DNA of 63,097 nt, filler included, from Octopus bimaculoides (Eukaryota): assembly GCF_001194135.2 (NCBI RefSeq). It is 4 parts of 4 records of this genome, joined end to end, with 100 filler letters (N's around TTAATTAATTAA, not from the genome) between each part and the next. Parts side by side here need not be neighbours in the genome. Positions count along the whole stretch, not along the records: positions 44,936 to 58,569 come from NC_068982.1; positions 58,670 to 63,097 come from NC_068986.1; 2 more parts are not named here. One strand, 5' to 3'. The notes beneath the pieces are model-generated. The model was given only the letters and a program-made list of their open reading frames with translations. It was not told the DNA's origin and made no database searches. The position numbers were made by a program, and so were the translations under genes. Positions 52,877 through 63,097 of this stretch are shown here, in pieces; within the stretch, counting starts at the first letter, position 1, and each line of letters starts with the position of its first letter.

Positions 52877-53030
52877 TACATTATTTACATTTGACGGATA
52901 TTTGTCCTCATCTTGTTTGTTGTTAACACAATATTTCGGCTGATATACCCTCCAGCCTTCATCAGGTGTCTTAGGGAAATTTCGAACCTGGGTTCTCATT
53001 TCTAAGGTATTTTTCGATGTTGTTGTTATC
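52870..53030 (-). mobile_element. Short Penelope-like (PLE) terminal-repeat-derived element carrying a hammerhead
   Basis: ~160-bp unit between (TA)n and (CAT)/(ATT)n arrays; contains the hammerhead at 52925-52970. Confidence 0.6.
52925..52970 (-). ncRNA. Minimal type-I hammerhead ribozyme
   Basis: Minus strand: GACAC-CTGATGA-A-GGCTG-gagggtatat-CAGCC-GAAA-TA-TT-GTGTT. 5-bp stem I, 5-bp stem II, intact core, palindromic stem III (AATATT). Confidence 0.72.
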
Positions 53031-53739
53031 ATCATCATCATCATCATTATTATTATNNNNNNNNNNNNNNNNNNNNNNNNNNNNNNNNNNNNNNNNNNNN
53101 NNNNNNNNNNNNNNNNNNNNNNNNNNNNNNNNNNNNNNNNNNNNNNNNNNNNNNNNNNNNNNNNNNNNNNNNNNNNNNNNNNNNNNNNNNNNNNNNNNNN
53201 NNNNNNNNNNNNNNNNNNNNNNNNNNNNNNNNNNNNNNNNNNNNNNNNNNNNNNNNNNNNNNNNNNNNNNNNNNNNNNNNNNNNNNNNNNNNNNNNNNNN
53301 NNNNNNNNNNNNNNNNNNNNNNNNNNNNNNNNNNNNNNNNNNNNNNNNNNNNNNNNNNNNNNNNNNNNNNNNNNNNNNNNNNNNNNNNNNNNNNNNNNNN
53401 NNNNNNNNNNNNNNNNNNNNNNNNNNNNNNNNNNNNNNNNNNNNNNNNNNNNNNNNNNNNNNNNNNNNNNNNNNNNNNNNNNNNNNNNNNNNNNNNNNNN
53501 NNNNNNNNNNNNNNNNNNNNNNNNNNNNNNNNNNNNNNNNNNNNNNNNNNNNNNNNNNNNNNNNNNNNNNNNNNNNNNNNNNNNNNNNNNNNNNNNNNNN
53601 NNNNNNNNNNNNNNNNNNNNNNNNNNNNNNNNNNNNNNNNNNNNNNNNNNNNNNNNNNNNNNNNNNNNGAACACATTGTTGTCATAAAAAGGGAGAAATT
53701 ATGCCCCCCTCTCTCTCTCTCTATATATATATAAATAAT

Positions 53740-54845
53740 GGAACAAGAACGCAACTGACGACAATAAAACATCCGGACAGATAGACGATACAAAGACGGA
53801 CAGGAGAAAACAAGGACGGGTCACTCGTGGCCTTCTCTCGTGAGTCAAGTTTTCAGATTATTCTTACAGTTTCGGCCGGTTACACTTGAGACTGTCCAAA
53901 TCAAATTGAGCTGGTGTGTGGAGTGAAAGCCTTGAGGCAGGAACATAGTTGAACATAAGAGATGCTTCGCGACCGGCAGTCACACCAAAAAAGAAAGATT
54001 ATGCATGCTTGGTCGAACACCTGTTGCGCGGAAGGAAAAGAGAGAGGTGGGGGCAGAAGGATAGAAGAATTAAGGGGAAACGAGAAAGAGAGAGAATTGA
54101 AGGGACATAGAGAAAGTACAAAGGAGATAAACAAGGAAAAAGAGGTAGATTAGAGAAAGAGAAAGCCAAGAAATGTGAGAGAGGGGTAGCGAGAAAAAGA
54201 AAAGAAGATAGAATGAAGAAAGTATAAAGGGGACTAAAAGAAAGAGTAAAAGAGTCGTACAGAATTTAGATACATACTTACGTACGCCACTATATGTATA
54301 TATAAATTTAAAAAAATGAAATAAGAACGCAACAGATGATAATAAAACGTCCGGACAGATAGATGATACAATGACGGACAGGAAAAAACAAACAAAAACA
54401 CAGGAAAAACAAGGACGGGTCATTCGTGGCCTTCCCTCGTCAGTCAAGTTTCCAGATTATCCTTTCAGTTTCGACCGGCTATACTTGAGACAGTTCAAAT
54501 ATGGCTGGCCCCAAAAAATCTAAGCTAAGAGCATTAAATACTTCGGGAGAAAGCAAGCGAATGAGTACGACAACAAAGATATAAAAAACACGACAAAAAC
54601 AAAAACCAGAGGGTGTTACACAATTACAAATACAAACAACATGAAAATAACAACAGGTGTCTTTCGACTATTAAAGACGAATCAAATTGAGCTGGTGTGT
54701 GTGGAGTGAAAGCTTTGAGGCAGGAACATAGATGAACATAAAAGATGAAAATCACGAGACAAGAATATAAGAGATGCTTCGCGTTCACCAGTCACGCCAA
54801 GAAAGATCATGCTTGGCCGAACATTGGTTACATGGAAGGAAATGA
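53740..54845. repeat. Partial tandem direct repeat A-B / A-C-B of an unclassified element
   Basis: A1 53740-53901 resembles A2 54317-54501. B1 53902-54045 resembles B2 54683-54845. Confidence 0.82.
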
Positions 54846-55009
54846 GATAAGGACAATATATGATTTACGATTGACTTAATGCTTTGATCAAACTGTCTGA
54901 GACAATTCCATGACAGATTTTATTTCTGGAATCACCCATGACATTTCAGTTTTAATCCGTGAGTTTCAGGGAACATTATGTTATCAACGAGATGTTCTAT
55001 GGGCTGACC

Positions 55010-55480
55010 CAGGGGCCGGGAAACTTTTTTAGCCAATTACCCCCAAATATATTTATTTACACCGACGTTACCCCTTTGATTTAAAAGGAAGAAAAGCATA
55101 CTCTTTGAATTCAAAGGTTTATTGAGTATTTATATGGAGAATACAATAATAAATATAAGAAGTATAAAACAAATGCGATAAAATAAATTAATGCCCTCAT
55201 TATGAAACAAAAAGGATTTTTCTAGAGACTTTTGCACTTAAGGTTTTGGAGAAATGATGATGTTTCGTTTTTGTTACAGTTACATCAAAATTGGAGCATT
55301 TTGGTGCCAGAGCAATTTGGATATAGTCTCCAGGGTCCAATTGATTACTCTGCTTTGTTTTTATGGAAAATCCGTGTTTGCAAAGGTAGGTTCTTGCAAA
55401 AGGCAGCAGCTTTTTGACTGCCTCCTCATGCCAGAAGAAAATTTTCTGTCGTTACAAGGCACACATGCCGGGTAATCACC
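55010..55480 (-). mobile_element. hAT (Charlie/Buster-like) transposon 3' relic
   Basis: TIR CAGGGGCCGGGAAACTTTTT at 55010. Minus-strand EAVKKLLPFARTYLCKHGFSIKTKQSNQLD resembles the hAT dimerisation domain. Confidence 0.72.
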
Positions 55481-55613
55481 TTGAAGGGTATTAGTCGAGT
55501 GAGTCGACCCTAGTACTTTTGTTTTTTTTTAAAGTCTGATACGTATTCAATTAGTATCTTTTGCTGAATCGCTGTTGTCAAGCCGTGCGGAGAAACAAAC
55601 GTGAAGTCATACT

Positions 55614-55723
<110 letters not shown>

Positions 55724-56194
55724 CACCTACCTCAACATATTAATGAGATAAGGGAAGTGGAACAGAAACGTGGTTCAGCTAACCAAGGTTTTACTTCAAG
55801 TGTACATCGTCTGCTAGTTATTGTCCATATATTTCTTTTTCTCAAGGCTTAAGAACAGTATTTGTCATTGATAGGCTTAGACGATTAAATCGGCCTCAAT
55901 ATGTCATTATTAGTCCTAAACACCTGAGCGAGAACTAATATCTTTGACCTGATTGGAATAAATGAAACCAAAATAGCTCTGATATCTAAAATAGCATTTC
56001 TCAGTCATTTTCATTTAGGTGAAACTATATCTGGATGATAAAAGTGTCACTGGTGATATAGAAAATGCTTCACATCAATATACTTGTCAAACTTTCATCC
56101 ATACAGGAAACACTGCTTGCGTGCAACGACAATATTTTACAATTATCAGCCATTTCGCCCTATACAACGACACCAACGTCAAATCAAAATTGGT

Positions 56195-56238
<44 letters not shown>

Positions 56239-58034
56239 CGGAGCTAGAGTTATGAAGCCTATTTCAGATAGTGAATGAAACCTTTGTAACACCTCATGAA
56301 ATATGCTGAAGCTGTGTCAGAACAGTTGATAGCTTTCAAAAGTATCATTTAACAAATATAAACAATTTGAAAGGAATGTATAGCCGAAAAGTATTGTTCA
56401 TAATGCAAACTGTCAATCACTCCTAATGTTCTATTATTTTCGCTCTAGTTTTGTTGATATGATAAATTACTTATCCATCTCTTTCTGTATACAGTAAGAT
56501 TGGATATTTAACTACTTTGGTTCCCCTCGAGTTTGATTTTAACTTTCCACACCGGCGTTGATAAATAGTTACCAGTAATATATTGAATTGATTTGTAGAA
56601 ATCGAGCTTTCTGCTTAACGGGGGAAAATGCATTTTTGTTATTGATGGTGAGAATTGCTGTGGGATGGAAAGATATCAGAGTCAAGCATGCTTTTCGGTT
56701 TCAAATTTCCGCTAGAAACATTTCTCTTTATTATACCTCGTAATTCAGAGGGTCTTATTTCCTTCTCCACTACATACACACATACATACATACATACATA
56801 CATACATACATACATACATACATACATACATACATACATACATGCAAGCAAGCACACCTACATACACGAGTAAAATAAATGCCGACAAAAAAGGTGGTCT
56901 CGTAAAAGAATATTTCCCTTTAGATTTATATCTTTTATTGATACAAGTAAGGAAGAACGCATTAATAAAAATTTTTGATATTCAAAAATCTAACGGTACA
57001 GTTCCTATTAATTTTCGTACCTACTAAATCTCCCTTCTTTCTATCTCTCTCGCCCTATTTTCTTTTAGGATTCATAGCAAGACGTGTGAAGTACACTTTC
57101 TTCGCTATTTCCCGTTGATAACGGCTAAAGAGGTAGAAACGCGGCGTCTGGGATTCTGACTGGGAGCAGCACTGGGTAGATTTGGTTTCTTTTTACAACT
57201 TTTTATCGTAAGAGAATTTTTTTCTCTATGGTAACTGCAGTGAATTTTCCTTTAGAAGCTGAAATATGTCACAAGCATATTTTAACTAACTTAAAGTTTG
57301 CTTATGCCAAAATACTTCTTGTCACTGATACTGCTGAATATGTGTGTGTGCGTGTGTGCGCATGTGCGTGTGTGCGCATGTGCGTGTGTGCGTGTGTGTA
57401 TAAGTATATATGTTTATATATATATGTTTACATATATATTACATGCTCACACATATAAGTGCAGAAATATTTTCTTAAATACCGTTACATTTGTTTCGTC
57501 TGTGCAGTGTACCGAAGTATATTGCTGATTTAAGTCACGCTGCATCGCTGCATAATGAATTACGCCACTGGCAAAATATTGTAGATAAGAAGAAGGCTCT
57601 TGTCACTTACTTACATTAGCTGCAAGTAATCTGAACAATATTACGATATATTTATAACCTATTATATTCCCTGTAGAAGATAGAGTTTAAACGAAAACCT
57701 TTTGAGCCATAATAATTATGAAAGTCATTTCTCCACTATTTACACATTTTTGCGTGATATAGAAAACAATGTTATTCCCCTCTCTCTCTTTCCTCCCTGT
57801 CTCTCCCTATCTTCCCTCTCTCCCCTTCTCTCCCCCTTCTCCCATTCTCTCTCTCACCCACGTACACACGAACAGAATGAGTCAGTTGTACGCACGAATG
57901 AGCGCTGGAGATTTTGGGGGTAGGTCGAACAAGTAATCAAACATCAATTATTCGGTGAATTTTGATTACTAAAATTATTGTGACTATGTTCTAATAGAAA
58001 ATAGCTTTTGAATTATCTCAAGCTTTTCCTTTGC

Positions 58035-58325
58035 AGATCATGTGGCTGTGTGGTAAGTTCAGTCCCACTGCGTGGCACCTTGGGCAAGTGTCTTCTACTA
58101 AAGCTTCGGGCCGACCAAAGCCTTGTGAGTGGATTTGGTAGACGGAAACTGAAAGGAGCTCGTCATGTTGGTGTGTTTGTGTCCCCGTAACTTAGCGGTT
58201 CGGCAAAAGATAAAATAAGTACCAAGCTTTGGGTCGATTCTTTCAACTAAGAGTTCATAAAGGCGGTGCCCCGGCATGGCCACAGTCTAATGACTGAAAC
58301 AATTGAAAAAAATAAAGATAAAGAT
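58035..58325 (+). mobile_element. SINE S3, CpG-rich
   Basis: GGCTGTGTGGTAAG..GTTCAGTCCCACTGCGTGGCACCTTGGGCAAGTGTCTTCTAC..GGCGGTGCCCCGGCATGGCC. Confidence 0.85.
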
Positions 58326-58434
58326 GAAAATTTGTACTTACATTTATCTGTTTTCTAAATTGTTCCAAGTTCTCCAAATATCGGAAAATAAAATGCATTT
58401 GGATATTTTAAAAAAATATTAATTATTAATTATC

Positions 58435-58560
58435 ATGGTTCTGGGTTCAGTCCGACTACATGGTACCTTGAGCAAGTGTCTTCTGTTATAGCCTTGGGCC
58501 GACCAAAGCCTTGTGACTGGATTTGGTAGACGGAAACTGAACGAGGCTCGTCGTATATAT
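58435..58560 (+). mobile_element. SINE S3 5' part, cut by the linker
   Basis: GGTTCAGTCCGACTACATGGTACCTTGAGCAAGTGTCTTC..GGAAACTGAACGAGGCTCGTCG(TA)n. Confidence 0.8.
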
Positions 58561-58569
58561 ATATATATA

Positions 58570-58669
58570 NNNNNNNNNNNNNNNNNNNNNNNNNNNNNNN
58601 NNNNNNNNNNNNNTTAATTAATTAANNNNNNNNNNNNNNNNNNNNNNNNNNNNNNNNNNNNNNNNNNNN
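58570..58669. other. Artificial scaffold linker 44N-TTAATTAATTAA-44N
   Basis: See 26844. Confidence 0.95.
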
Positions 58670-59180
58670 AAAACTCCTAGACAATATCATCAAAATCAAA
58701 CCTCTTCACTACTTCTGTATGGAAATCGGACCTTGGTAACGACCGTCTTTTCCTCGCTGCAGTGGAGTCTGTGCTGTTTTACGGGTCTGAGACTTGGACA
58801 CAGACTATGAAACTCACTCAAATATTAAATGAGTGCTACATGAGAATGCTGAGGAATACTCTGAACATTAATCAGTATACACTGAGGAGGAAGAACTCAG
58901 AGCTGTACGAGAGCCTCCCAAAGGTTAGCTCGAAAATAACACAGAGGAGAATGAGGCTAGCTGGACATGCTCACCGTCCTTCAGAGTTGATACTGCACTC
59001 AGTGCTCCTGTGGGAACCCCTACATGGACACACTAGAAGAGAGAGACCAAGGATGACATATGTCGATGCCGAGGGACAGACACTGATCTCTGAGAGACAC
59101 AAGGCATGGCAGCGATGATGAGGAACAAGGACTGCTGGAAAGAACTCGTCCATAATCTCGGAAATTTTATCCGCTCTAGA
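58670..59180 (+). mobile_element. RTE-X-like LINE ORF2 C-terminal relic
   Basis: AVESVLFYGSETWT..ECYMRMLR..NSELYESLPKVSSKITQRRMRLAGHAHR..LLWEPLHGHTRRERPRMTYVD. Confidence 0.85.
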
Positions 59181-59194
59181 TAGTTAAATATATA

Positions 59195-59813
59195 CAGTAT
59201 GCGGTGAATAAATTATCGTCAACATTATGCAAAAATGAAAATAACAGTGACATCTCATTTTGGCAGATATATTTACTAAAATTACATAAAAATATCTTGA
59301 AATACTAATGAGTAAATTTATTCAATAAAATCACCATTGGCTTCGACAACGGCCTCCAGATGACTTTGGAATCTCCTGTAACTCTTCTGGTTGGTTAATG
59401 CTGTCATAATCCTTAGCTTCACTTCATCTTTGGTGTTACAAGGAGTTTTGGTGGTCACTTGCTCACATAATAATCAAGGTGGGTGCAGTTTAGGTGAACA
59501 GATGTTAGGGGTGATGTAGTCACAGAAATTGTCTAACAGCCACGACTGGGTTCTCCTGCTTGTGTGGCATGGTGCAAAATCCTATCACCAGACATAGGGT
59601 CTTCCAGCAGCCATCCTCTTGACCCAGGGTAGCACTACCTCCTCTAGGCACTTGGTGTAGGCCTTCGTTTTGAGTGTGAGGTCGTGTGGGAAGATGAATG
59701 GAGGCATAACGTCGACATCACTAGTGATCACTCGAAACACCATGATGTTGACCGAATGTTTGATTTTTATCATTCCCGGTACAGGTTTTCGGGACACGGC
59801 AAACCATCGAATG
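59195..59813 (-). mobile_element. Tc1/mariner-superfamily (maT/DD37D-like) transposon 3' half
   Basis: TA|CAGTATGCGGTGAATAAATT end. KHSVNIMVFRVITSD..VMPPFIFP..VVLPWV..YVW*.DFAPCHTSRRTQSWL. The subfamily call is by motif resemblance. Confidence 0.78.
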
Positions 59814-59989
59814 NNNNNNNNNNNNNNNNNNNNNNNNNNNNNNNNNNNNNNNNNNNNNNNNNNNNNNNNNNNNNNNNNNNNNNNNNNNNNNNNNNNNNNN
59901 NNNNNNNNNNNNNNNNNNNNNNNNNNNNNNNNNNNNNNNNNNNNNNNNNNNNNNNNNNNNNNNNNNNNNNNNNNNNNNNNNNNNNNNNN

Positions 59990-60040
<51 letters not shown>

Positions 60041-60889
60041 TATTCATAAAGTAATGCACAAGAAGGACATTAGTATAAACAGATTTACAGCTATATTTGT
60101 GTTTGTTTCCAATCGGAACAGTTATTGATATTCATTATACCTTTGTAATCATTTAGTGAAAATTTGTATTGATATCGACGATTGATGGAACAATGTGCGT
60201 ATATAGTCAGTGTTGTGAGTTAACTGAAGCACAATGCATTGAGTTTTGGTCTGTGATAATAAAATAAATTGCTTTATTTTTCTGTTGCTGTTCTGTCACT
60301 GAGTCGTTTCAATGCTACAAAGGAAAGACAGAAACGTTTGGTAAGATCTGTCTTCCACAATTATCTTTACGTTAACTCAGGAGTAATTTTTTGTAATTTC
60401 TTGGCGGTGTATCGTCATTCTTTTTTTCTGGGTTTGATATCTGTTTGTCCAAGGTAGTGTTTTCGGCAACCATTACATTCTATCATGTAGATTAAGTCGT
60501 TCAAAGGTATTGTATTTAATTTTGAAGTTTGGACCCTCTTTGAAGGGAATTCAGAACTTTCCTATAAGTAGCTATATGAAATTTCCCTCATACAATTTCG
60601 CAGCTATGAGAAAGCGGAATCCCACTGAAACACTGTAACTTATAATCTTTTGACATCATTTTAAAATTCAGCTCGATGTATCATTACGTACAAAGTATAC
60701 CGGTAGAAATATTTTTCGCGACGAAATCCTGTGTCGGATGGAAGAAACGGTTACAGAGCCGATATCAATAATTCTTTCAAATATTGAATTTCTAAAATAG
60801 TTTGTCTTTCAAAGGCTGGTCATTCTAGCAACCCAATGATACAGGGACCGAAGCAAGATAATAAATCTTCGCCAACTGGAAAATAAAAG

Positions 60890-61651
60890 ATGCCATTTGA
60901 AGCAATACATCTCCATTTGAAGCAATACATCGGTGCAGACGTTTTTACTAATGTTCGAAGCAGTGCTGGAACTCTTGCGAAGTGCTGCCTCTTAACGCCC
61001 CCTTCGTTTTTTTCTCTCACCTCTTCCACATCTGCAAATTCTGTAGCATCAGCCTTCGTTACCAGTGATGACCTTCGAAAAAGAGTCGGGATCAACATCC
61101 AATTCTTCTTTCAGTTCACGACACGGACTTCCGTAAGTCAGCGAGGCACAAATTTTGCTGCAACTCTTTTCATTCGCTCTAGGACACACTAGTAATATCA
61201 ACAAGTTCGTCAAATGTTCGGTGACGATTCTCCAAGGTCAGCTCATGAATTTTCGTGTTTTTTTCATTCGTTCGGGAGGTTGGTCTTCAGGGGAGAAGTG
61301 ACCATTCATAAAGCTTGAAAACCACTCGTAAGCATATGTTTTGCTTTGGGCAGATTCTTTGTAAGCTGTTTGAAGCATGACAACTGATTCATCCGCCGTT
61401 TTCACCGGCAGAAAACGGAAATTCACGGAAGAACGCTGTTTCTTAGTTTCAGCCATCGGGAAAATCGAGGAACAAGGGAGAAGCACGGCAAAACAAAGAT
61501 GCACCACGTGGTAATACGACTCCGCCCGACAACGCCGATCGGCATATTGATGCCTGAGGGTCGCATCAAGTGTATTCTAGCGACAGAAGCCTGAACTACA
61601 ACGTGCTTGTCCTACAGAGAACGTTTCCGTTTACTTTTGAGCACCCACTCG
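60890..61651 (-). mobile_element. Mariner element of the same family as 35137-36321; CpG-rich, internally deleted, 3' TIR lost
   Basis: TIR TA|CGAGTGGGTGCTCAAAAGTAAACGG. 5'UTR and HTH collinear with 35137; ELDVDPDSFSKVITGNE, then a deletion. A ~20-bp tandem duplication lies at the break (60893-60932). Confidence 0.88.
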
Positions 61652-61657
61652 TATATA

Positions 61658-61699
<42 letters not shown>

Positions 61700-61715
61700 A
61701 AGTGCAAAGGTGTAT

Positions 61716-62050
61716 TTTTCAACGCGTCAGTACTGATAGAACAGCATATATAGGATAAAATCCTTATAGACTCGAAAAAATCTGTCAGTAACCAGTCATG
61801 AGACTCGAACCCACATCCCTTCTATTTCCAGTCAAGGTGCGTTACCATTTAAGCTAAGCTACTTTTTTCACAAATTCTTCTGCAAAAGAATTTGACAGTA
61901 AAGTAGTTTAGCTTAAATAGTAAAGCACTTTGACCGGAAATTGAAGGGAGGTGAGCTCGAGTCTCATGGCTGGTTGCTGACAGATTTTTCTGCTCTGTAA
62001 GGATTTTATGCTACATATGCTGCTCTATCAGTACTAACGCGTTGCGAAAA
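61716..62050. repeat. Spacer-less ~335-bp palindrome whose arms each contain a tRNA-like head
   Basis: Arms of ~165 bp, roughly 85% identical by eye, centred on TGCA at 61881-84. A-box TAGCTTAAATGG and B-box GGTTCGAGTC in each arm. Confidence 0.88.
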
Positions 62051-62141
62051 TCTATCTTTCTGCTAGTACTACTATACATTTCAGCGCTTCAAAAACAAAC
62101 TCATGTTTGTTTACATATGACGTAATATATATATACATATA

Positions 62142-62188
<47 letters not shown>

Positions 62189-62259
62189 NNNNNNNNNNNN
62201 NNNNNNNNNNNNNNNNNNNNNNNNNNNNNNNNNNNNNNNNNNNNNNNNNNNNNNNNNNN

Positions 62260-62322
<63 letters not shown>

Positions 62323-62330
62323 GAGAGAGA

Positions 62331-62366
<36 letters not shown>

Positions 62367-62379
62367 GTTTCAATCGTTA

Positions 62380-62545
62380 GACTGCAGCCATCGTTAGTCG
62401 AATGATATGATGCCAGTACATATTTTTTCTTAAACCTGGTACTTATTCGATCGATCTCTTTTGCCGAACCGCTAAGTTACGATAATGTAAATGTGCCAAC
62501 ACTGGTTGTCAAACAGCGGTGGAGGACAAACACAGACACAATGAT
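62380..62545 (-). mobile_element. SINE S3 3' part
   Basis: CTGGTACTTATTC..TTTTGCCGAACCGCTAAGTTACG..GGTTGTCAAACAGCGGTGG. Confidence 0.75.
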
Positions 62546-62574
62546 ATACATACGCGCACGCGCACACGCGCGCA

Positions 62575-62662
<88 letters not shown>

Positions 62663-63097
62663 CTCTCACTCATATATACGAAGCACTGAACGGATATATG
62701 GACAGATGCGCAAGTAATAAAACGCCGAATTTTCATATCTTCCTATTATACCAATGCAAAGATTCAATCTTAGTATAAGAACACTTAAACAAGGAAAACC
62801 TGTTCATACAAAAGTACAGACCACACCTCAATATACAAATTTGACCATTTTAAACATTATACTAAGGAGCCAGTTGTCCTCCATGTCACCTGTTGCTTCC
62901 CTTGGTTCACTCTCTAGATTCATTCTTATTCTTCAAACATCCAAAATGACGCGACCCTCTGTCACGAGAACTGATTACTGTATAATGTCCCTTGAAAAGC
63001 TAATTTAGATAGCAAAAACCGGTTGGATTTCACGCCATCCATATAATGCGCATATATATATAAAAAGATATTAAACTATATCAAACGAAGGCATTTC

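Noticed and set aside
54415-54445. CTGACGA...GAAT on the minus strand as another hammerhead
   Set aside because: GAAT rather than GAAA, no convincing stem I or II, and the A1 copy lacks the core.
61800-61975. Two tRNA genes (GGA anticodon-like loop)
   Set aside because: Acceptor and anticodon stems have mismatches and the sequences are arms of a palindromic repeat; treated as tRNA-derived heads.

Overview
AT-rich, microsatellite-dense animal genomic DNA from a gapped draft assembly. The repeat families (tRNA-SINEs with GAT/TTTA tails, RTE, R4/Dong, mariner and Tc1 relics) look cephalopod, probably Octopus; this is an inference. No intact recognisable protein-coding gene, rRNA, functional tRNA or CRISPR array is supported. 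Almost all long ORFs in the track are microsatellite or N-gap artefacts. The real coding signal comes from decayed transposons: R4/Dong-like RLE LINEs, RTE and RTE-X LINEs, a probable L1/Tx1 end, Tc1, mariner, maT-like and hAT elements. Three 44N-TTAATTAATTAA-44N linkers split the window into four scaffold pieces, and the piece at 26.9-44.8 kb is strongly CpG-depleted relative to its neighbours. The most interesting signals are: (i) several unrelated minimal type-I hammerhead-ribozyme motifs in short Penelope-like repeats; (ii) a spacer-less 335-bp palindrome made of two outward-facing tRNA-like Pol III heads; (iii) a ~500-bp degenerate hairpin; (iv) a head-to-head hybrid of two different Tc1 elements; (v) a triple-nested MITE>mariner>SINE insertion; (vi) weak candidate exons of an unidentified gene.
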